From a virus (taxonomy: Duplodnaviria > Caudoviricetes): a DNA stretch of 50,064 bases. This document shows, piece by piece, positions 1 through 8,721 of this stretch (positions are counted from its first letter, which is position 1; each line of letters begins with the position of its first letter). The position numbers were made by a program, and so were the translations under genes. Location: positions 1 to 50,064 of the IMG/VR virus record IMGVR_UViG_3300032320_001659. The stretch is one strand, 5' to 3'. The notes below the pieces were generated by a model that worked only from the letters and a program-made list of their open reading frames with translations, searched no databases and was not told the DNA's origin.

Positions 1-835
1 ACAAACCTTCTAGAACAAGTTTATGTGTTTTTGTACCATCAAGAGTACCAGTAAGACCAATTCTATATTTTGTGTTTATACAAGATGTTAATATTGTAGT
101 AAGAGATTGTGCTTTAAATAAATGAGCTTCATCACCTATTACATATTGAAATTGTTCAAAATATTCTTTTGGTAATTGATATACTGATTGCCAAGTTGTT
201 ATTATTAATTTTTTGTCTGTGTGTTTATCTTTACCTTGATAAATTCTATGAACATTTTCTTCAACAGAAAATCCGTTATGACTTGAATAGTCTGCAAAAT
301 CAGAGTATAGTTGTTCAACTAAAGATGTTGTTGGAACAATAATCAAACCTCTCATGTTCTGATAAGTTTCAAATTGTCTAACAAGTAAATAAATTATTAG
401 TGATTTACCAGATGCAGTTGGTGACAACAGCAACGCTCGTCTTCTCTGCATCGCATGTATGAAAGCATTCAGTTGATGTTCATGGACTTGAATTGGTACA
501 TTCAAAGAGCGGATATTCAACATTTCTGCGAATTTCTTCGCTTTGTATATACTAAATTCATCTTCAATATCTACTGAATCGTGGAACTCAATACTGTAAT
601 TGCGTGAGTTTGCAAATTCTAAAACATAGTTTATTAAGCCATAATAAATTTGTGATGTGTTCATATTCCATAAACGAATTTTACCATCCCAAATTCTTTT
701 ACGAAAAGCAGGAGTAAACTGATGACCTGGCACCATGAATGTGAAATAATCCGAAAGTTCTTGTGAGATGTGCTTCTCACAATTTATCTTCAGATATACT
801 TCATCTTTTTTATATACGACTAGATTAGTTTCCAC
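1..835 (-). CDS. uvsW: UvsW-like SF2 DNA helicase, 5' part (runs off window end)
   Basis: Manual translation from GTG at 835 gives METNLVVYKKDEVYLKINCE...WDGKIRL, Walker A LLLSPTASGKS, DEAH and GLTGTLDG. It follows uvsY as in T4-like phages and is absent from the ORF track because it is truncated. Confidence 0.93.
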   Translation of the reverse strand, partial: METNLVVYKKDEVYLKINCEKHISQELSDYFTFMVPGHQFTPAFRKRIWDGKIRLWNMNTSQIYYGLINYVLEFANSRNYSIEFHDSVDIEDEFSIYKAKKFAEMLNIRSLNVPIQVHEHQLNAFIHAMQRRRALLLSPTASGKSLIIYLLVRQFETYQNMRGLIIVPTTSLVEQLYSDFADYSSHNGFSVEENVHRIYQGKDKHTDKKLIITTWQSVYQLPKEYFEQFQYVIGDEAHLFKAQSLTTILTSCINTKYRIGLTGTLDGTKTHKLVLEGL

Positions 836-1259
836 CAATGAATCTTTCCCATGATATAAAATCCTTCAGCTGATAAGTTCTAGAATTTAATTCTTTCATA
901 ATAGATTCTATCATTACAACAACTTCTTCGTGATATATTTTCTTTTCTGTGAATTTAATTAAATCTAAGTCTGCTTCCAGATATACATTAATGTCTGATT
1001 TAAGAGTAAATTTAAATGGTTCCCATCCATACTCATCAAGTTGATTTTTTGATAGTTTACCTGTATAATATTCCCATTTTATCTTTCGCATTTTAATAAA
1101 ATCTAAGTTAGCTTTCTTAGATGCCATCTTATGCTTTATAAGCATAGTAAGATATTTATTGTGGAGTATTGGTATACGAATTAACTCTTTTCCTGGTTCT
1201 GTTTGATCAATAACAGAATCTTTTTCCCAATGACTCAGTATTTGCTCTATGTTTTCCAT
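825..1259 (-). CDS. uvsY: UvsY recombination mediator
   Basis: 144 aa with WEKDSVID, IPILHNKY, KWEYYTGK and RTYQLKDFISW; lies between gp3 and uvsW. Confidence 0.9.
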   Translation of the reverse strand: MENIEQILSHWEKDSVIDQTEPGKELIRIPILHNKYLTMLIKHKMASKKANLDFIKMRKIKWEYYTGKLSKNQLDEYGWEPFKFTLKSDINVYLEADLDLIKFTEKKIYHEEVVVMIESIMKELNSRTYQLKDFISWERFIGGN

Positions 1260-1282
1260 AATATAAAAAAAATAAAAAAGTT

Positions 1283-1813
1283 TTATATGATATTAAAATA
1301 ATCGAAATTGAATGTAGCTGAACATTTAATCACTTCATCCGCTGATAAAGTTGTATTAAAGTTAATGCCTGTTAAAGATATAGGATATATGTTTAAAAAA
1401 TGTATTTTAAAATTTACCCTATTCATATTCGTAAGAACAGATAAAGTAGCATCAGATTCATAATTATATTTTTTAGCATTGATTCCGTTCATTTTAACTG
1501 TTGTCGATAAAGCATCCCTTTGTTCTATGCTTTCAGGAGATGCGATATTTCTGAACCATTTATATATTTCATTCCATGAATTTAAATTTTGATCAACCAA
1601 AAAAGTAATATTTAAATTTTCATAATTAATTTTTGTTCCTGGCATTTTTAAATTTAAAATTGGAGTAGCAAATTCTGCTGTTCCAATACTTATACCTGGA
1701 ATATTAACTTCTTGACAGAAATATTGCATTGAAGGCAACCTATCAAAAGTTAAAATATATTTTGTCGGTTGAAGTAAGTCTGTATTTTCTGGAACTCTAC
1801 CTATTGCTGCCAT
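1283..1813 (-). CDS. gp3-like tail completion / sheath stabiliser protein
   Basis: Motif LPSMQYFCQEVNIPGISIG...YPISLTGINF with tube-like fold signature; gp23-gp3-uvsY-uvsW synteny. Confidence 0.8.
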   Translation of the reverse strand: MAAIGRVPENTDLLQPTKYILTFDRLPSMQYFCQEVNIPGISIGTAEFATPILNLKMPGTKINYENLNITFLVDQNLNSWNEIYKWFRNIASPESIEQRDALSTTVKMNGINAKKYNYESDATLSVLTNMNRVNFKIHFLNIYPISLTGINFNTTLSADEVIKCSATFNFDYFNII

Positions 1814-1847
1814 ATTTTATTAACTTATATTTTAGTGGAGTGTCTTT

Positions 1848-1855
1848 TATTTATA
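1848..1855 (-). promoter_or_regulatory. T4-type late promoter TATAAATA upstream of gp3
   Basis: Exact gp55 consensus on the minus strand, just downstream of a terminator and ~35 nt before the ATG. Confidence 0.75.
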
Positions 1856-1861
1856 TACCAT

Positions 1862-1889
1862 AAAAAAGGGAGGATTTTAACCTCCCTTT
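1862..1889 (-). terminator. Rho-independent terminator
   Basis: Minus strand reads AAAGGGAGG-TTAAAAT-CCTCCC-TTTTTT. Confidence 0.85.
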
Positions 1890-1892
1890 AAC

Positions 1893-1985
1893 TTAAACTT
1901 TTATCTTCATCGACACTGGAATATCAATTTTAACTTTCCTACAAAAGAATAAATTAATAAACCATTTAATAAATTGGAAAAACAT
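1893..1985 (-). CDS. Putative 30-aa small protein MFFQFIKWFINLFFCRKVKIDIPVSMKIKV
   Basis: ATG overlaps the upstream stop (TAATG), and the ORF ends 3 nt before the terminator stem. Confidence 0.5.
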   Translation of the reverse strand: MFFQFIKWFINLFFCRKVKIDIPVSMKIKV

Positions 1986-2311
1986 TACGATACTGTGACA
2001 ACTAATGATGTTGGAACATCAATTATAACATTTGGAACAACAACTTCTGTTACTGCTGGCTCTGCAACATCAGCTTCAATTGTAACTGATCCTTTGATTG
2101 GATCACTCAGTTCATTACCTGCTGAATCAACTGCAACTGCTGTTACAACATAAGTACCAGCATCGACATTTGCAAAAATTGCATCATATGGAGCATGTGA
2201 TAAAAACTGTACGCGAGCATCGCCTAAACTAACTTTAATACCACCCGAGACAACTGAACTGTGAAACTCATGTTGTTCTGTAGAGATCGAGATTGTTACT
2301 GTATGTGCCAT
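1985..2311 (-). CDS. Ig-like beta-sandwich protein, possible capsid decoration protein
   Basis: AAGGAG RBS precedes the ATG at 2311 (a better start than 2353). APYDAIFANVDAGTYVVTAVAVDSAGN resembles bacterial Ig-like (Big) domains. Directly downstream of gp23. Confidence 0.6.
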   Translation of the reverse strand: MAHTVTISISTEQHEFHSSVVSGGIKVSLGDARVQFLSHAPYDAIFANVDAGTYVVTAVAVDSAGNELSDPIKGSVTIEADVAEPAVTEVVVPNVIIDVPTSLVVTVS

Positions 2312-2354
2312 TTTTAACTCCTTGTAATTAAATAGTAATAAAACACTCATCATG

Positions 2355-2382
2355 AAAAAAGAGGAGCATAATGCTCCTCTTT
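2355..2382 (-). terminator. Rho-independent terminator after major capsid gene
   Basis: AAAGAGGAGCA/TGCTCCTCTTT perfect stem followed by a U-run; a second hairpin AAATCAC..GTGATTT lies at 2386-2407. Confidence 0.85.
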
Positions 2383-2414
2383 AAAAAATCACTCTTTATG
2401 GTGATTTAATCAAA

Positions 2415-3737
2415 TTACATCAGATTCTTGACACCGAACAGACGGTAGTAAACGTTTGAACGTGCTGTTAATGCACCGTTACCAACTGCTGCACCTTGTG
2501 CGAATGGATTTGAAACCATTCCATAACGTGTCTTGAAACCAATCTTTGGCTGGAATGTGAATTGATCAACTGCACGAACCATTTGTAATGGAACGTATGG
2601 GCAGTAGAACAAGCCAGCATCATAAGGCGAAGAACCCTTATAACCAATCGTAACAAGTTCTTGGTTGCTTGTGTAGCCACCAAAGTATGGATCGATATAG
2701 ACCTTGATACGACCGTGCAGGAGACCCGCAAATGTGTTACCAGTGTCATCAACTTGGAGATCAGCCTGAAGCGCAGGTGTGTAGGATAAAACACCAGCCA
2801 TAGCCATTGCAGAAGCAACGTCAGACGAAACAATCAAGACGTTACCTTTTCCGCGACGAGTCTGTTTTGCAATGATGTTTGCATCACGCTCGATTTGGAA
2901 AATAAGACCTTTGAAACGCTCAACCGACCAACGACCGTTCGAGTCTGTGTCTAAGTCAAAATAACCTGCTGCAACTGTACCATACTGAGCACCAACAACA
3001 GCGTTGTTATAGATTGTACGAATAACTTCACGATTGATCTCAGCGAGAATCTCTGTAGAAAGAATATTCGACAATTCTGTTTCTGCATCAAGACCATGAA
3101 TTGCTTTCAAGTCTTGTGCGAGTTCTAACGAATACTCAGCTTTCAGAGCGCGGGATTGTGCAGTAACAGTGACTTTTTCGATAGAGAAAGCCATTTGTTG
3201 GAACACGTTTGCACCTGTACCATAGTCAGCAGCACCGAGATACTCAGCAAATGCTGTTGGAAGACCAGTACTTGTTGTTGTAGCATTTGTTGTTACGTTC
3301 GAGAATGTATTAGCATTGTCGTTAATACCAGAACCATAAACTGTGCTAAGTTTACCAGAGAATGTTGTATTAGCTTCACCGTAGAATGCTTCTGTACCGC
3401 TCTGATTGTCGTAACGGGCGCGCATTGCGAAGATAAGACCTGTTGGTCCTGTCATTGGCTGAACACCAGCAACGTCATAAGCGATTAAGTTAGGAAGCGA
3501 ACGGCGAACCAAGCTGATTAAGATTGGATCAAAGTTCTGAACACCACCTGTAACGTTCGAAGGACCAGTATCAGTTAATGCTTCGTTAAGTGCCAAGCGA
3601 TCTTGACGCATAGCTTGTTGTTGATTTTCCAAAACAAGTGCTGTAACGGCGCGCTTGTATGGATCCTTAATGGACTCTAATTCTGGATGATCCAGAACAG
3701 GCGACCATTTCTTTTGAAGTTCTTCAGTTAAATACAT
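2415..3737 (-). CDS. gp23: Major capsid protein gp23
   Basis: FDPILISLVRR, GVQPMTGPTGLIFAMR, ALKAEYSLELAQDLKAIHGLDAE and FQPKIGFKTRYG motifs. Confidence 0.99.
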   Translation of the reverse strand: MYLTEELQKKWSPVLDHPELESIKDPYKRAVTALVLENQQQAMRQDRLALNEALTDTGPSNVTGGVQNFDPILISLVRRSLPNLIAYDVAGVQPMTGPTGLIFAMRARYDNQSGTEAFYGEANTTFSGKLSTVYGSGINDNANTFSNVTTNATTTSTGLPTAFAEYLGAADYGTGANVFQQMAFSIEKVTVTAQSRALKAEYSLELAQDLKAIHGLDAETELSNILSTEILAEINREVIRTIYNNAVVGAQYGTVAAGYFDLDTDSNGRWSVERFKGLIFQIERDANIIAKQTRRGKGNVLIVSSDVASAMAMAGVLSYTPALQADLQVDDTGNTFAGLLHGRIKVYIDPYFGGYTSNQELVTIGYKGSSPYDAGLFYCPYVPLQMVRAVDQFTFQPKIGFKTRYGMVSNPFAQGAAVGNGALTARSNVYYRLFGVKNLM

Positions 3738-3768
3738 TAAAGTCTCCTAAAATTTGTTATAATGTTAT

Positions 3769-5079
3769 TTATTTAATTACAGTTTTTGAAATTGTTTTCG
3801 CATATGCTTCCATTGAAGGATCATCAAATCTTACAGGTTTGACTTCATCTTCAATGAGAACTTCATCATCAAGTGATAAATTACTAGCAGATTTAACATC
3901 AGATCTGAAATATGCTTCTTTCAGTGTGCTTAGTTTATCTGCGAATTCATCTTCAGTAGTAAACTCTACACTCTCTGTGAGTGATTTTAGTTTTTCTACC
4001 TGAGTTTGTGTAAGGCCTTCACACGCTGCGTAGATTGCCTCATATTTTTTGTGTTCGTTGAGTTCGATGTTTAAAGCAACACCGCGGTTGATTTCTTCGT
4101 TAAGTGCATTTTCTAATTGTGCAACTTTTTCAGCAAGTTCTTCAACAACGTCAACTTTTTCTGTAGGAACATCGATATAGTGTTCGACAAATAAATTACG
4201 TAAGCCGTCGATAAACTCTTCTACGATTTCAGAACGTAGACCTTTTTCGATTGCTAATTGATTTTCTTTCATCCACTCTTCGACCATATAGTTCAGATAA
4301 GCATCAACTTTATCTGCGAGTTCTTCTTTAATTTGCTCAACAGCAACTTGAAACTCTTCAACTAATTCTGCTTCAACATCAGAAATAACTTCGCTCGCAC
4401 GTGCATACACAGCTGATTCAAAAATTGTTGCTGCTTTAGAAACGAATTCTTCAGAAAGATTTTGACCTTGTAAAAGAGCATCAATATCCTCTTTCATCTT
4501 TTCTTTCATCTCGTCTTCTTTTTCTTTTTTTGCCATCATTTTCTTCATCATTGCTTTATCTTGTTTTTCATCTTGATGTTCAGCTTCATCGATGATATTA
4601 TCTTCTTCGAATTCTTCTTCATCTTCTAAGAAGTCTTCTTCGTCTTGTTCTGTTTCTTCAGGAACATGCATTGCTGGTGCATTTTTATTTGGCATATATG
4701 TTGCAGTAAGCGTTTTCGCTTTTTGACGATCTCTTCTGCTATCTTGATCTTGATCATGATCTTGAGTAGGTGCAGTTAAATCTGAACGACCCATTGAGTC
4801 TTGTGGACCAGTTGCTTTGGTAATTCCAACGCCACCTTTTTCTGAACCAACAGGAGGTGTTGCACCAGGAGGTGTTGCACCTCTAATGCTCTTTGCAGCA
4901 TTTCTACCAATGCTTTCTGTATCCCGATTGGAAAAAGTAGGACCACCGATATCCTCGTGACCTTGTTCGTCGGCAGCTAATTTTCTACCTTGACCAAATT
5001 TTTCGCCACCACCTCTTTTAGATGCAACAGATGCATCGAGAATTTCTTTAGCGGCCTCTGACAGATTGAATTTTCCCAT
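3769..5079 (-). CDS. gp22: Prohead core scaffold protein gp22
   Basis: Acidic coiled coil with LSEEFVSKAATIFE and YLNYMVEEWMKEN; lies between gp21 and gp23. Confidence 0.93.
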   Translation of the reverse strand: MGKFNLSEAAKEILDASVASKRGGGEKFGQGRKLAADEQGHEDIGGPTFSNRDTESIGRNAAKSIRGATPPGATPPVGSEKGGVGITKATGPQDSMGRSDLTAPTQDHDQDQDSRRDRQKAKTLTATYMPNKNAPAMHVPEETEQDEEDFLEDEEEFEEDNIIDEAEHQDEKQDKAMMKKMMAKKEKEDEMKEKMKEDIDALLQGQNLSEEFVSKAATIFESAVYARASEVISDVEAELVEEFQVAVEQIKEELADKVDAYLNYMVEEWMKENQLAIEKGLRSEIVEEFIDGLRNLFVEHYIDVPTEKVDVVEELAEKVAQLENALNEEINRGVALNIELNEHKKYEAIYAACEGLTQTQVEKLKSLTESVEFTTEDEFADKLSTLKEAYFRSDVKSASNLSLDDEVLIEDEVKPVRFDDPSMEAYAKTISKTVIK

Positions 5080-5110
5080 TTTTGAAAAGCTCCTTATTTT
5101 CTATATTGTA

Positions 5111-5118
5111 TATTTATA
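5111..5118 (-). promoter_or_regulatory. T4-type late promoter TATAAATA upstream of gp22
   Basis: Exact consensus followed by an AAGGAG RBS. Confidence 0.8.
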
Positions 5119-5119
5119 A

Positions 5120-5764
5120 TTAGAGTTTTTTTATGAAGTTTTCGAAAATGCGTAGACTTACTTTTTCTATATCATTATTTGATGCTTTACGTATTTCTCG
5201 TACTGCTTCAGAATGATCTTGTTCAGTCCATACACCATTTACTAACATCCATTCTTTTCCTTCCATAATACCTTGTACAAAAGCACCAGGTGCAGAAGGA
5301 TCTGCTACAATGTCTGCCGCTGTGGCCAAATGAAAATCGTCTTGTACAATATTAACTCCGTTAACATTCTTTAACGATCCCATACCTCTTGAAGATACTC
5401 CTAATTGAGCACCACCTTCAATAAGACTTCTAGCAATGTTACCCATTGGAGTGTCGAGAATTTTTGCTTTACCTACCCAATGTTTACCATTTTCTTTTAG
5501 ACCTACGATCATGTGTGATACACGATCTAAATTAATTGTTGGCGTTTCTGGATGACCTAATTCACCAAACGCACGATTCTTTTTGATATATTCTTCTGTA
5601 TATCTATCAACTTCTTTTTTCATCGTATCATGTTTATACATACGATTGTTTTTATTCTTAGTTTCGGAGACTAAGAATGGACCAGAAATGTATAATGTCT
5701 TTTTACCATCCGATTCTTCAATCAGATAGTCTACTTTTTCTATAACTTCTTTAATTAGTTTCAT
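5120..5764 (-). CDS. gp21: Prohead protease gp21
   Basis: GELGHP, GVSSRGMGS and DIVADPSAP motifs. Confidence 0.97.
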   Translation of the reverse strand: MKLIKEVIEKVDYLIEESDGKKTLYISGPFLVSETKNKNNRMYKHDTMKKEVDRYTEEYIKKNRAFGELGHPETPTINLDRVSHMIVGLKENGKHWVGKAKILDTPMGNIARSLIEGGAQLGVSSRGMGSLKNVNGVNIVQDDFHLATAADIVADPSAPGAFVQGIMEGKEWMLVNGVWTEQDHSEAVREIRKASNNDIEKVSLRIFENFIKKL

Positions 5765-6276
5765 GGTTTTGTCGAGTATTCGCCGTAGTTAAATGCAGCA
5801 GGATCTCTTCCCCAACCTGCATCATAGAATCTGTTATCTTTATGTAATTCAATAATTACTGTATAAGATGCATTCGCTGTTGTTCCAACTGTTTTAATTA
5901 ATAAATTTCCTGTTGGTCCAGTTGCATTATTAGTGATAACAGGCAATTGATATTGTGGATTTGTATCAATTGAACCTACACCAAGTGCATATGCTGTTTT
6001 ATCGGATACTGTACCTTGCCATACTAACTGTAAATGTCCAACTTCAGCATCAACTGATGCAATAACTCTAGAAATCGTAAATGCTGAATTTGCAAATCCT
6101 GGTGCTGTCGTATTACCTGCTAGATATGGTTGATTGTTTGCATTTAATGCATATGTAAGAGATCTAGGATCAATAAAAACTGTAGAGGATTCATCGGAAT
6201 CTAAAATACCAATTCTTTTTATGACAGTTCTTTTATTTGTATCAATTAAAATCTGTGTACTGTTTGCAATTGCCAT
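5761..6276 (-). CDS. Conserved head-region protein (gp68 position), function uncertain
   Basis: 171-aa ORF whose stop overlaps the gp21 start (ATGA); call rests on synteny only. Confidence 0.55.
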   Translation of the reverse strand: MAIANSTQILIDTNKRTVIKRIGILDSDESSTVFIDPRSLTYALNANNQPYLAGNTTAPGFANSAFTISRVIASVDAEVGHLQLVWQGTVSDKTAYALGVGSIDTNPQYQLPVITNNATGPTGNLLIKTVGTTANASYTVIIELHKDNRFYDAGWGRDPAAFNYGEYSTKP

Positions 6277-6295
6277 TTTTTATCCTGTTTTTTTT

Positions 6296-6457
6296 TTATT
6301 CTTCGTCTTGACTACGAACTAAATTTCTTGCAATCTCTTGCTTTTTTGCTTCAATATGTGCAGTTACTCTATCGTGAATTGCTGAATATAATGCGTTTCT
6401 AAATTCAACACCATTATCTTCATGAGCAAAGTCAATAATTTGTCTAGTATCATCCAT
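6296..6457 (-). CDS. gp67-like small prohead core protein (53 aa)
   Basis: Manual translation MDDTRQIIDFAHEDNGVEFRNALYSAIHDRVTAHIEAKKQEIARNLVRSQDEE; AGGAG RBS and late promoter upstream; directly after the portal gene; below the ORF-track cutoff. Confidence 0.75.
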   Translation of the reverse strand: MDDTRQIIDFAHEDNGVEFRNALYSAIHDRVTAHIEAKKQEIARNLVRSQDEE

Positions 6458-6475
6458 AATATTCTCCTATTTTAT

Positions 6476-6483
6476 TATTTATA
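6476..6483 (-). promoter_or_regulatory. T4-type late promoter TATAAATA
   Basis: Exact consensus between the portal stop and the gp67-like start. Confidence 0.8.
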
Positions 6484-6489
6484 AAGAAA

Positions 6490-8058
6490 TTATTGTTGGG
6501 TTTGTTGATTTGCTTGTTGATCAACACCACCTTGATTTGCCATCTGATCTTGACCTATAGGTAATCCAATTCCCAACGATTTTTCTTCATCCATTTCTTT
6601 TTGCATTTCTTTAATTTCATCATCTGTTAATCGAAGAACATTTCTTTGAATCCATGATTGTGAGAAATATCTACCTGTGTACGCATCAACATTAGCTAAA
6701 AGAGAAAGTCTATCTCGCATTAATTCTGCATCTTTTAATTCAGTAAAATTATTATCTTTAATGAAATCAAAATATATATTTTCTTTGAAATCTGTCCATT
6801 CTTCGTCAGTACATATGCCTTTCAATACGCATTGTACACGTAATGCTTGATCAAATAGATCTGAAAATTTATTTCTCATTCGATCAACAAATTTAGAAAA
6901 TTTTAATTCATCTCTTGTAATTTCAGATACACGACCTAATGAAAAACCTGAACTGTTTGGATCTAATCTTGAAACTGGTACACATAATGATTTATATAAT
7001 TTCTTTTCGAAATATTTAACATCTTCAAGTTCGCCTAGATTTTGTCCACCTGGTAATGTACTAATTTCTGTACCTTTACCACCTTCTCTACGTGGTAACC
7101 AAAAATCTTCCATCATTGATAAAAATTTTCTATCATCACGAACTTCACCAGTATTGGCGTCATAAACAAGTTTATTTTTATACTTGACCATAATATCGCG
7201 GAGATATTGTTCAGCTTTCAATTTTGGTAAATTACCAACGTCAATATAGAAAATTCTTCTTTCTGGTGCTCTTGAAATACGATAGATAACAGTTGCATCT
7301 TCAATCATTCGTAACTGATTTAGAGGTTTAATTGCTTTATGTAGATATGATAAAACAACTGCTCTGCGAGAGTCCATTAGTCCTGAAACGACAGAGATAA
7401 TGGAATCTGCTGTAATACGAACACCCATAGGACCAAAATTAGAAGAAGAACCGGTAACAACTTTATCGTTAAAAACATAATACTCATTAATAACGTTCAT
7501 TACTTCTACACCAGTTCTTTCATCTTTTTTCTTTTTAATTTCTCTTACTTTACGTAATTTTCTTGGATCAATATATCGAAGTTCTTTAATTCCTTGTGAA
7601 GGATTTTCTTTATCTAGAATGATATGAAAGTAAAGTCTACCATCAACATAGTAGCGCCTAAAGATATCGCCTGCCATATAATTATAATTAAGTAATTTTA
7701 GAATATTATCAAACTCAGCTTTAATAGCGTTCTTAATTTTTTCTGGCTGTTTGAGATTATCTAAAATTATCTTGATTGTTTTACCGTCATCATCTTGGCA
7801 GATTGCTTCGTTAACAATATCATCAATCGCAGATTCAATTTCAGGCTGCATTGCCATTTCACGATATCTTGAAATTAATTCAACTTCGTTTTTTGCTGTG
7901 CCATCAAGATCAACATAAGTTCCATAATAAGCGGCAGACGTAATATTGAGAGCACCATCGTCTGCCGCTGGAGCAACAAAAGATTGCTGAACTGATTGAT
8001 CAGCATCATTTTTCTCTCTAGATATTGTAAATCCAAAAAGCGTAAATTTATTTGACAT
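6490..8058 (-). CDS. gp20: Portal protein gp20
   Basis: YRISRAPERRIFYIDVGNLPK and EDFWLPRREGGKGTEISTLPGG motifs. Confidence 0.98.
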   Translation of the reverse strand: MSNKFTLFGFTISREKNDADQSVQQSFVAPAADDGALNITSAAYYGTYVDLDGTAKNEVELISRYREMAMQPEIESAIDDIVNEAICQDDDGKTIKIILDNLKQPEKIKNAIKAEFDNILKLLNYNYMAGDIFRRYYVDGRLYFHIILDKENPSQGIKELRYIDPRKLRKVREIKKKKDERTGVEVMNVINEYYVFNDKVVTGSSSNFGPMGVRITADSIISVVSGLMDSRRAVVLSYLHKAIKPLNQLRMIEDATVIYRISRAPERRIFYIDVGNLPKLKAEQYLRDIMVKYKNKLVYDANTGEVRDDRKFLSMMEDFWLPRREGGKGTEISTLPGGQNLGELEDVKYFEKKLYKSLCVPVSRLDPNSSGFSLGRVSEITRDELKFSKFVDRMRNKFSDLFDQALRVQCVLKGICTDEEWTDFKENIYFDFIKDNNFTELKDAELMRDRLSLLANVDAYTGRYFSQSWIQRNVLRLTDDEIKEMQKEMDEEKSLGIGLPIGQDQMANQGGVDQQANQQTQQ

Positions 8059-8132
8059 AATATTAAATCCTATTCACTTGTCTTAATAATTGAGAGATAT
8101 TTTAAAAAAAATATAAATGATTGATATATAAA

Positions 8133-8687
8133 TTATATAGAGCCATCTGTTGAAGGGGCTGATTCCCACCACTGATATGCAAATGTTACTGCATACTCTT
8201 CAATTGTGTCTTGATTTCCCCAATCTAGATCAATAGGTGCAACATCAATCGGAAACATACCTTTAAATCTATATTTTTTTAATACATTTCCTGTTTTACC
8301 ATATTGTATAATATCTGCATCAGATGTATAACTTACTGGCGAAAGAGCAGTTTGTGCTCTCAAGTTACCAACATGAGAGTTCATATTATTCATCCAACGT
8401 TCTAAGCTATTTCTGATTACAAAATTTTCATCATTAATAACTTGAATTGACCAATTTGCAAAAGTTCTATTTCCTGCAAATTTAACTTCTCTTCCAAAAT
8501 AGTAAACAGGAATAGAACCTATTGTCGAACCAGGCAATTGTGATGCCTTTATCATAAATCTACCAACTGAACCAATGCTGGATGTTCCACCAACACTTGG
8601 TGGAAAACTCAAATTTACTTCGAATAAATTAGGTCTCGCACCATCTGCGATCATATTTGACCTAAATTGATTTACGTTAAATGCCAT
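8133..8687 (-). CDS. gp19: Tail tube protein gp19
   Basis: GARPNLFEV, GREVKFAGNRTF and IEEYAVTFAYQWW motifs. Confidence 0.96.
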   Translation of the reverse strand: MAFNVNQFRSNMIADGARPNLFEVNLSFPPSVGGTSSIGSVGRFMIKASQLPGSTIGSIPVYYFGREVKFAGNRTFANWSIQVINDENFVIRNSLERWMNNMNSHVGNLRAQTALSPVSYTSDADIIQYGKTGNVLKKYRFKGMFPIDVAPIDLDWGNQDTIEEYAVTFAYQWWESAPSTDGSI

Positions 8688-8708
8688 TTTTTTCTCCTAT
8701 CTTATTTT

Positions 8709-8716
8709 TATTTATT
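8709..8716 (-). promoter_or_regulatory. Late promoter variant AATAAATA upstream of gp19
   Basis: NATAAATA core with an AGGAG RBS downstream. Confidence 0.55.
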
Positions 8717-8721
8717 AGAGA

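Noticed and set aside
2311-2415. Missing gp24 vertex gene after gp23
   Set aside because: Absence at this position is normal for cyanophage-like T4 relatives, and it could lie outside the window.
2468-3488. Alternative ORFs within gp23 (2468-2833, 3156-3488)
   Set aside because: By-products of strong codon bias in a highly expressed gene; no RBS or recognisable motifs.
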